DNA from: Deferribacterales bacterium
Lineage (GTDB): Bacteria; Chrysiogenota; Deferribacteres; Deferribacterales; Geovibrionaceae
Length of the DNA: 64,000 nucleotides
Reading direction: 5' to 3'
Assembly (NCBI GenBank): GCA_050251945.1
Contig: JBFWLW010000003.1
Coordinates: 160,001-224,000, forward strand
In this document: positions 56,854 through 64,000 of the stretch, piece by piece
Layout: the number at the start of each line of letters is the position of its first letter
How positions within the stretch are numbered: the stretch's first letter is position 1
The notes under the pieces: generated by a model
What the model was told of the DNA's origin: nothing
What the model saw: only the letters and a program-made list of their open reading frames with translations
Databases searched by the model: none
Program-made: the position numbers and the translations under genes

Positions 56854-57820
56854 ATCGTATCCTCGGGTCCACCAGACCGTAGCAGATATCCGCTATCAGG
56901 TTGCCGATAAGCGTCAGCACCGCGCCCATCACAAGTATACCCATTACAACCGGATAGTCGCGCATCATAACCGCCTGATAAAAAAGCTGACCCATTCCTG
57001 CTATGCCGAATATTGATTCAAAGATAACACTGCCCCCGATAAGACCCGGAACGGAAAGTCCCAGAATTGTGACAACCGGAAGCATTGCATTTTTAAGGGC
57101 ATGTTTGAAAACGACCTTGTTCTCTGACAGTCCGCGCGCTCTTGCGCTGGTGATGTAGTCCTCGCCCAGAACCTCAAGCATGGAGTTTCTTGCGAATCTG
57201 CTCAGTCCCGCCAGTCCGCCGAAAACGGACAAAAGAACCGGCAGAAACGAGTGCCAAGCGAGATCCCAGATTTTACCTGCAAAAGAAAGCTGATCGAAAT
57301 TATATGATGTAAGACCGGATATGGGGAGCCAGCCTTTGATGACGCCGAAATAATACATGCAGAGAAGTGCCAGCCAGAAAGTAGGCACCGCAAAACCTAT
57401 GAAAACAAAGACAGTTACGCTCTTATCAAAAAGACTGTTCTGCCTGTACGCCGACCACACACCCAGTGGCAGTGCGATGAGGAAGATAAGAACCATTCCC
57501 GCTACGTTCAGATAAATCGTGACAGGCATACGTTCCAGAATCTTTTCTGTGACACTCTTGCCGTCCTGACTGAAGGACTCGCCGAAATCAAGCACAGCGA
57601 CGCGCTTAAGCCACATGACATACTGTTCCGGCAGGGGTTTATCCAGCCCGTACATCTTTTCAAACTTCTGATATGCCGTTTCCGAGAACTTCGGATTCAT
57701 GGACGCAAGAAACTGCGCGGGATCACCCGGTGCAAGATGGATCACAAAAAAGCAGATGAGCGTGATGCCGAAGAGCAGGGGTATCATCCCTGCCAGTCTT
57801 GCGGCTATGTATCTGAGCAT
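56840..57820 (-). CDS. Peptide/nickel ABC transporter permease (OppB/DppB-like)
   Basis: APGDP, EAA loop ARARGL..HALKNA and DPRIR. Confidence 0.93.
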   Translation of the reverse strand: MLRYIAARLAGMIPLLFGITLICFFVIHLAPGDPAQFLASMNPKFSETAYQKFEKMYGLDKPLPEQYVMWLKRVAVLDFGESFSQDGKSVTEKILERMPVTIYLNVAGMVLIFLIALPLGVWSAYRQNSLFDKSVTVFVFIGFAVPTFWLALLCMYYFGVIKGWLPISGLTSYNFDQLSFAGKIWDLAWHSFLPVLLSVFGGLAGLSRFARNSMLEVLGEDYITSARARGLSENKVVFKHALKNAMLPVVTILGLSVPGLIGGSVIFESIFGIAGMGQLFYQAVMMRDYPVVMGILVMGAVLTLIGNLIADICYGLVDPRIRYGKK

Positions 57821-57829
57821 TTACAACTC

Positions 57830-59473
57830 TTATTTCTGGAAGCTGTATTTCTGCTTGTCCTTGGCAACCCACCAGTCTTCCTGATTATATCCGATGCCTG
57901 CCGGTGCGGGCTTAACTTCATTGAAGCGTTTGCTTATCGCAACCAGAGCGTTCGGAACCGTGAGGAAAGTGTAGGGCTGGTCTTCAGCCAGAATCTCCTG
58001 AGCTTTAAAATAATATTCTTTGCGTATTTCCGGATTAAACTCTTTGCGCCCTTCAATGAGCAGTTTGTCCAGCTCTTTATTTTTGTAACAGATAAAGTTG
58101 AGCTTTTGTCCGCCGCAGTTGCCGGAATACCAGACATCATAGAGGTCGGGGTCGTTTGTGATGTTCCAGCCGAGAACAACCGCATCGTATTTCTGTTTGT
58201 TGATGTATTCGTTTATAAATGTAGCCCATTCAAGAACCCGGATATCTACCTTAACGCCTATCTTCTCCCAGCTTTTCTGTAATACTTCGCAGATGCTGGT
58301 TCGCACCGAATTGCCCTGATTTGTTATCAGTTCAAATTTCAGCGGCTTGCCGTCCTTTTCAACTATGCCGTCGCCGTTTGTGTCTTTGTATCCCGCTTCG
58401 GCAAGGAGTTTTTTCGCCTGCTCAATGCTGTAATCGTATCTTTTAACGTTGGGGTTATACCAGACGGTACCCGGTTTATAGGGTCCCGTAGCTTCAACGC
58501 CCAGACCGAACTGGAGACCGTTTATGATATCCTTTTTCGGTGTTGCATACGAAAGAGCCTGACGGACACGTTTGTCCTGAAACATCGGCTTTTTCTGGTT
58601 ATAGCCGACATATTCGTAGCTTGACGCCAGATACATGTGTTTGTTGTACTGACTTGTGAATCTGGGGTTGCTGTCAGTCTGTTTTGACCATTGAAGAGGA
58701 GAAAGCGATATAAGATCTATCGAACCGTTCAGAAGTTCAAGGAAAGTCGTCGCGGTATCGGGGATTATACGGAAAATATATCTGTCGATATAAGGTCTTC
58801 CAAGGAAATAGTCGTCGTTTGCCACAAGCGTGATGGAATCGCCCGCCTTCCACTCAAGGAATTTATAGGGACCTGTACCAACAGGCTTTCTCAGCAGAGG
58901 GGATTTTTTTACATCCTGACCCTGTAAAAGATGCTTAGGCAGCATAGGCATTCCCCAGCTGATGAGCGCCGGGGCGAAAGGTTCGTCATATGAAACCTTT
59001 ACGGTGTACTTGTCGATAACCTCAAACTTGCTGACAAGTCTGAAATCCGCATCGTAAGAGGTGGGGGTTTTGTCGTCTATCATGAATTTGTAGGTGAATT
59101 CAACGTCGTCGGCAGTAAAAGGTTTGCCGTCGTGCCACCTGACATCCTGATTCAGGTGAAAGATGATGCCTTTGCCGTCGTCAACTATCTCCCAGCTGTC
59201 TGCCAGATCACCCACAATATTCAGGTTCTTGTCATACTTAACCAGACCGTTGTATATCTTGTCTGCAACGTCGTGCGAAGCCGAATCCGAGGTTATATTG
59301 TATATAAGCCCCGAAGCGTCGCCAAGCATTGAAACAACAACTGCGTCACCGTAAACGGCATTAGGGATATCACGTTTGCGGGAAACCTCCGGCTCAGAGC
59401 CGCTGTCCGATTTTTTCTGTCCGCATCCGAAAACGGAGAGGACAAGCAGTACGGCAAGAAACTTTTTAATCAC
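57830..59473 (-). CDS. Family 5 peptide ABC substrate-binding lipoprotein
   Basis: VFG-C lipobox, WHDG.PFTA.DV and PVGTGPY. Confidence 0.93.
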   Translation of the reverse strand: MIKKFLAVLLVLSVFGCGQKKSDSGSEPEVSRKRDIPNAVYGDAVVVSMLGDASGLIYNITSDSASHDVADKIYNGLVKYDKNLNIVGDLADSWEIVDDGKGIIFHLNQDVRWHDGKPFTADDVEFTYKFMIDDKTPTSYDADFRLVSKFEVIDKYTVKVSYDEPFAPALISWGMPMLPKHLLQGQDVKKSPLLRKPVGTGPYKFLEWKAGDSITLVANDDYFLGRPYIDRYIFRIIPDTATTFLELLNGSIDLISLSPLQWSKQTDSNPRFTSQYNKHMYLASSYEYVGYNQKKPMFQDKRVRQALSYATPKKDIINGLQFGLGVEATGPYKPGTVWYNPNVKRYDYSIEQAKKLLAEAGYKDTNGDGIVEKDGKPLKFELITNQGNSVRTSICEVLQKSWEKIGVKVDIRVLEWATFINEYINKQKYDAVVLGWNITNDPDLYDVWYSGNCGGQKLNFICYKNKELDKLLIEGRKEFNPEIRKEYYFKAQEILAEDQPYTFLTVPNALVAISKRFNEVKPAPAGIGYNQEDWWVAKDKQKYSFQK

Positions 59474-59474
59474 G

Positions 59475-59792
59475 TTATTTAGACTCCATGGGAACCACAG
59501 GTTTTTTGTTTTCGGCGGGTGCCTGCTGACCTGCGGGATTGCTCTGCATGATGCTGCTGGTTGTTTTCTGTGTGGAAAGAACAGCCAGAGTGAGCGAAGT
59601 TATCATGAAAACGATAGCGATAACAGTTGTGACCTTGTTCATTATGTTAACCGGAGCGCCGGGACCGAAAACGTCGCCCGCACCGCCGCCGAATGCAGAA
59701 CCAAGGGAAGAGCCTTTACCGGACTGGATAAGTACGGCAAGGATAAGCAGGAAGCAGATAACAATATGAATCGCAAGAATTACAGTGTACAT
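59475..59792 (-). CDS. secG: Preprotein translocase subunit SecG
   Basis: VLIQSGKG..LG.AFGGG, located after tpiA. Confidence 0.95.
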   Translation of the reverse strand: MYTVILAIHIVICFLLILAVLIQSGKGSSLGSAFGGGAGDVFGPGAPVNIMNKVTTVIAIVFMITSLTLAVLSTQKTTSSIMQSNPAGQQAPAENKKPVVPMESK

Positions 59793-59807
59793 TAAATGAT
59801 CTCCAGG

Positions 59808-60569
59808 TTATTTGTAAAAATTGATTATTTTTATAAAGTCCTCGGCTACAAGGCTGGCTCCGCCAACCAATGCACCGTCAACGTTCTCTCTGAGCATCAG
59901 CGCACCGATGTTGTCCGGCTTAACGCTCCCGCCGTAAAGTATGCGTACCTTGTTCGCCACGACAGGTCCGTATATTCTGGACAGGAACTTTCTTATGGCG
60001 ACGTGCATCTCTTCCGCATCCGCTGGCATAGCTGTTTCGCCTGTTCCTATCGCCCAGACAGGTTCGTATGCAACCGTAATGTTCTGTAAACGGTCAACGC
60101 CCACGCCGCTGAGTCCCATGCCAAGCTGGTAAAGAACTCTGTCTATGTATACTCCCGCTTCTCTTTCAGCAAGCAATTCGCCAACGCAGAGGATGACGTG
60201 GAGTTTGCATCTAAGAGCAAGACGCACCTTTTCGTTGATAAGTTCATCAGTTTCTCCGAAAATTGTCCTTCTTTCGGAATGTCCGATGATAACGGTATCG
60301 GCTCCGGCTGTAAGAAGCATGTCTGCGTTCACATCTCCTGTGAAGGCTCCCTTCTCATGCTGCGAAACGTTCTGTCCGGCAACAGATATAGGCACACCCA
60401 TATCTCTTATGGTTTTGGACACTGTCGAAAGGCTGCAAAAATCCGGCGCAACGCCGATGTCAACTATTCCGTAGTCCAGTTTAACAGAGAGCAGCGAACG
60501 GACAAGGTCATCGGACTGCTTCACATCAAGGTTCATTTTCCAGTTACCGTATATAAGCGGTTTTCTCAT
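59808..60569 (-). CDS. tpiA: Triosephosphate isomerase
   Basis: GNWKM, GHSERR, AYEPVWAIGTG and YGGSV motifs. Confidence 0.97.
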   Translation of the reverse strand: MRKPLIYGNWKMNLDVKQSDDLVRSLLSVKLDYGIVDIGVAPDFCSLSTVSKTIRDMGVPISVAGQNVSQHEKGAFTGDVNADMLLTAGADTVIIGHSERRTIFGETDELINEKVRLALRCKLHVILCVGELLAEREAGVYIDRVLYQLGMGLSGVGVDRLQNITVAYEPVWAIGTGETAMPADAEEMHVAIRKFLSRIYGPVVANKVRILYGGSVKPDNIGALMLRENVDGALVGGASLVAEDFIKIINFYK

Positions 60570-60575
60570 GGGGAA

Positions 60576-60941
60576 TTACTCCTCTTCTGTGGTCACGCTT
60601 CCATCGTCGCCCATCTGACAGCTTCCGTTGAAAACGACTCCCTCTTCAACCTTGAAAACCGGTGTGATTATCTTTCCTGTCACATAAGCGGGTTTGTAAA
60701 GCTCAACCTTTGTTTTTGCAGTTATAACGCCGTCAAAGCGTCCTGAAATCTTGATATCCCCCGCTTCAATCTCCGCCTTAACGTTGCCGGAGTTTGCAAT
60801 AACCAGAGTGTCCTCTGTCTTTATATTCCCTTCAAAGTTTCCGTCTATTCTGACAAGTCCGTCGAATATAAGGGTTCCCTGAAACGTTGTGTTCTTGCCG
60901 AGAAATGCGTCTATGCCGCCTGTGTCTTTTCCCTTTATCAA
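60576..60941 (-). CDS. Bactofilin (polymer-forming cytoskeletal protein)
   Basis: Beta-helix repeats (F.G.L.F.G.VRIDG.F.G.I) ending in G..F.G.C.M. Confidence 0.9.
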   Translation of the reverse strand: MIKGKDTGGIDAFLGKNTTFQGTLIFDGLVRIDGNFEGNIKTEDTLVIANSGNVKAEIEAGDIKISGRFDGVITAKTKVELYKPAYVTGKIITPVFKVEEGVVFNGSCQMGDDGSVTTEEE

Positions 60942-61780
60942 CTTAATTCCCCTCTGATGGTCTTGATTATCCTGTCAAGCTCATCATTGTTGGTATATTT
61001 TATTTCAATAGTTCCGCCGTCTTTTCTGGACTTTATCTCAACCTGAGTTTTGAAAAACTCTTCCATCTCGCTTTTCAGGCTTAAAAGGAAAACGTTCTCA
61101 TTCTTTTCAACCTTCTCCGGTTCGGGCTTTTCCTTTTTCGAGGCAAGCTTTTCCACTTCACGGACAGAAAGGTTATTTTCTATTATTTTAATGAGTATTT
61201 CAACAGCCTTTTTCTCATCCAGACCAATGAGACACCTTGCGTGCCCCTCTGTAATCTGTTTAAGCTCCAGCGCTTCTATAACACGGGCGGGCAGCCCCAG
61301 AAGGCGGATTGTGTTCGCAACAGCGGAACGGCTTTTACCGACGACGTCCGAAACGTCTTCCTGACGATATCCGTGCGTGTCCATAAGGTTTTTGTATGCC
61401 CGGGCAAGTTCAAGAGCGCCAAGGTCTTCCCTCTGAATATTCTCAATAAGGGCAAGCTCCATCTGCTCTGATTCCCTTGTTATCTCGCGGACAACGGCGG
61501 GAACTCTGCGCAGACCAGCCAGACCTGCCGCACGCCAGCGCCTTTCTCCTGCGATTATAACGTAGCCTTCTTCTGTATTTGCCAGAACAATAGGCTGGAT
61601 GATACCGTTTCTGCGGATGGATTCCGTAAGTTCCGCAAGAGCCGCCTCGTCAAAGACCTTTCTGGGCTGGTCGGGGTTGGGGTAGATATCTGTGATATCT
61701 ATCTCGCTGACCATGGCTCTGGGCTTGTCAGCTTTTGGAATTAGCGACTCAAGTCCTTTACCCAGTGAGGTTTTTTTCAT
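60938..61780 (-). CDS. parB: Chromosome partitioning protein ParB/Spo0J
   Basis: LGKGL..LI, PNP.QPR, IAGERRWRA and ENIQREDL motifs. Confidence 0.96.
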   Translation of the reverse strand: MKKTSLGKGLESLIPKADKPRAMVSEIDITDIYPNPDQPRKVFDEAALAELTESIRRNGIIQPIVLANTEEGYVIIAGERRWRAAGLAGLRRVPAVVREITRESEQMELALIENIQREDLGALELARAYKNLMDTHGYRQEDVSDVVGKSRSAVANTIRLLGLPARVIEALELKQITEGHARCLIGLDEKKAVEILIKIIENNLSVREVEKLASKKEKPEPEKVEKNENVFLLSLKSEMEEFFKTQVEIKSRKDGGTIEIKYTNNDELDRIIKTIRGELS

Positions 61781-62541
61781 GACATCCTCTCCAGCATCTC
61801 TTTTGCGAGTTCAATATAGCTCGCGGCACCTTTTGATTTCAGGTCGTATTCTATTATGGACTGCCCGAAGCTCGGAGCCTCGGCAAGTTTAACGTTTCTG
61901 GGAATTATGGTTTTGAACAGGCTTTCACTGAAATATTCCTCCACCTGTTTCTGAACCTCTTTTGAAAGATTGTTTCCGGGGTTGTGCATGGTGAGCAGGA
62001 TACCCTCCATCTCAAGTTCTTCGTTCAGGCTTTCGCGTATCAGCCCGATGGTGTTAAGAAGCTGACCAAGCCCCTCCATTGCGTAATACTCGCATTGGAG
62101 CGGTATCAGCACAGAATTTGCCGCCGTAAGGGAATTCACGGTGAGAAGTCCCAGAGATGGCGGACAGTCGATTATTACCAGAGTGTATTCGTCAGAAACC
62201 TTTGCCAGCACCTTTTTGAGCTTGGTCTCTCTGGATATCTCCGTGACAAGCTCAATTTCAGCCGCGGAAAGGTTTATGTTCCCCGGTATTATGTCCAGAT
62301 TCTCCACGCTTGTGTGGATTATTGAATCCTTCGCTTCGGCTCTGCCTATCAGCACATCATAGATAGAAGGCTGACCCTCTTCGAGGGACACACCGAGACC
62401 GCTTGTGGCGTTACCCTGAGGGTCCATATCCACAACAAGCACTTTTGCCTCGGCAAATGCAAGCGCCGAACTTAAGTTTATCGCGGTGGTTGTTTTGCCA
62501 ACACCGCCTTTTTGGTTTGCAATAGCGATAATTTTTCCCAT
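61777..62541 (-). CDS. parA: Chromosome partitioning ATPase ParA/Soj
   Basis: NQKGGVGKTT, DPQGN, DCPPSLG and IPRNV.LAEAPS. Start ATG 62541 (GTG 62550 possible). Confidence 0.96.
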   Translation of the reverse strand: MGKIIAIANQKGGVGKTTTAINLSSALAFAEAKVLVVDMDPQGNATSGLGVSLEEGQPSIYDVLIGRAEAKDSIIHTSVENLDIIPGNINLSAAEIELVTEISRETKLKKVLAKVSDEYTLVIIDCPPSLGLLTVNSLTAANSVLIPLQCEYYAMEGLGQLLNTIGLIRESLNEELEMEGILLTMHNPGNNLSKEVQKQVEEYFSESLFKTIIPRNVKLAEAPSFGQSIIEYDLKSKGAASYIELAKEMLERMS

Positions 62542-62703
62542 TAGTCTCACAGCCTAATAAATTACAGTATAAAAATCAAGACAGTTTATTATCAGAAGCC
62601 TTTCAGTATACATCATGCGGAGTAAACTTAAAATCGAATTTTTGATATAGTAAATAAAACAAACTCTATTAAACGCAGCCGTTTATTATAAAGTGAATAA
62701 AAA

Positions 62704-63519
62704 TCAGGAGCGCAGCATCCCTCTGATCTTTTCATATACGATGAAAAGAAAAAAACATACGGAAGAAACCGCTATTATACTTGCTCCGGAAGTAAGATTG
62801 AATACATACGCGCAGTAAAGTCCGACAAGGGTGAACACCAGCGACAGTATGCTCGAAAGTATCATCATGCCCTTCAGCGAACAGACCTTCTTCTCCGCTA
62901 TGTAGGGCGGAATAGTGAGCATCGCAATGACCAGAATAAGCCCCACAACTCTTATCAGAAGCACAACAGCCAAAGCGGACATCACCAGCAGAACAGTATA
63001 GATAAGCCCTGAACGAACACCCATGCTCGTTGCGTATTCCATATCGAAGCTTACGGCATGTATCTGGCGGAAATAAAGCAGTACATAGGCTATGATGAAA
63101 ACATCCAGCACTCCCATATACACAAGATCGCTGTCAGGCACCGCAAGGATGCTTCCGAAAAGATAACTCATAAGATCAACGCCGTATCCGGGCGTGAGGT
63201 CAGCCAGAATTATACCGAACGCCATGCCGCATGCCCACATAACACCTATCACGGTATCGGAACGGTTCTTGTCCTTAAGCGTTATAAGCGCCATTATCAC
63301 AGCGGCAACAACTGCGAATATTCCGGCACCAAGAAGTGGGGATATACCCAGAAAGAACGCCAGACCTATGCCGCCGTATGCCGTGTGTGCTATGCCGCCA
63401 GAAATAAAAACTATACGGTTAACGACAACCAGCGTGCCGATTATCCCGCACGCTATTGAGGCAAGTACGCCCGCCCAGATCGCATTCTGTATAAATCCGT
63501 ATGAAAGTATGTCGGTCAT
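62704..63519 (-). CDS. Zn/Mn ABC transporter permease (ZnuB-like)
   Basis: IAH...GG and YLFGSIL motifs of the ABC-3 permease family. Confidence 0.9.
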   Translation of the reverse strand: MTDILSYGFIQNAIWAGVLASIACGIIGTLVVVNRIVFISGGIAHTAYGGIGLAFFLGISPLLGAGIFAVVAAVIMALITLKDKNRSDTVIGVMWACGMAFGIILADLTPGYGVDLMSYLFGSILAVPDSDLVYMGVLDVFIIAYVLLYFRQIHAVSFDMEYATSMGVRSGLIYTVLLVMSALAVVLLIRVVGLILVIAMLTIPPYIAEKKVCSLKGMMILSSILSLVFTLVGLYCAYVFNLTSGASIIAVSSVCFFLFIVYEKIRGMLRS

Positions 63520-64000
63520 TTATGCTCCATGAGAACCCTGTGGGGATGTCCGTGCGCCACCAGCTCGACAGGACACTGCGCGTCCGCACCGTATGACATC
63601 TGCATCATCTCTTCCGTAACCTCCGCCTCGTCATGCTTGTGCAGGGTTGTGCTGACACACGCGACGGACGTTGCAAATTTGGGTATTATGGTAAGGTCGT
63701 GGCTGACAACCACGATGGTCATTTTCTCGTTAAGTTTGGCAAGTATGTCGTATATGCGGGTCTGTCCCTCCATATCGACGTTTGAAGCCGGTTCGTCCAG
63801 AAATATAAGTTCCGGTTCGCCTGCAAGTGCGCGCGCCATAAGAACACGCTGACGCTGACCTCCGGAAAGGTCGTCCATCCGGTTTTTCGCTACATTGCTT
63901 ATCTGGAGTTCATCCAGCACCATGCGAACGTAGTCTCTGTCGCTTTTTTTTGTGAAGCCGCCTTTGGAAAGCATCCTGCCCATAAGCGCAGCGTCTTCGA
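63516..64000 (-). CDS. Zn/Mn ABC transporter ATPase (ZnuC-like), 5' end outside the window
   Basis: LSGGQRQR, LDEP and VSHD motifs, with a His-containing tail. Confidence 0.9.
   Translation of the reverse strand, partial: EDAALMGRMLSKGGFTKKSDRDYVRMVLDELQISNVAKNRMDDLSGGQRQRVLMARALAGEPELIFLDEPASNVDMEGQTRIYDILAKLNEKMTIVVVSHDLTIIPKFATSVACVSTTLHKHDEAEVTEEMMQMSYGADAQCPVELVAHGHPHRVLMEHK

Noticed and set aside
62551..62703. AT-rich gap beside parA as a possible oriC or parS
   Set aside because: I saw no TTATCCACA DnaA boxes or TGTTTCACGTGAAACA-like palindrome. It reads as the parA promoter region.

Overview
This is a densely coding, ~48% GC (estimated) bacterial chromosome segment made up mostly of housekeeping genes. 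Gene content and order suggest an anaerobic diderm, possibly Deferribacterota (inference, not verified). Housekeeping content includes gap (partial), gpmI, tkt, a pheA-hisC-aroF-tyrA-aroA-cmk-ispH-rpsA superoperon, two LPS heptosyltransferases, TPP-riboswitch-controlled thiC-thiE-thiL, trkAH-hypF, and parAB-bactofilin-tpiA-secG followed by a peptide ABC transporter. I saw no rRNA, tRNA, transposase, integrase or CRISPR array. The most interesting items are: (1) a divergent locus of olsB/olsA-like acyltransferases facing a PHP-glycosyltransferase fusion plus a radical SAM gene, with 11-bp-phased T(G/A)ACA boxes between them, a candidate phosphorus-free membrane-lipid remodelling system; (2) a structured ~190-nt non-coding segment at 23117-23300 with a 10-codon micro-ORF; (3) a dispersed REP/REPIN-like palindrome family at five loci; (4) an adjacent Csd6/Pgp2-like and Csd4/Pgp1-like cell-shape peptidase pair; (5) repeated promoter geometry indicating leaderless mRNAs. 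All product calls come from motif recognition by eye; no database searches were run.
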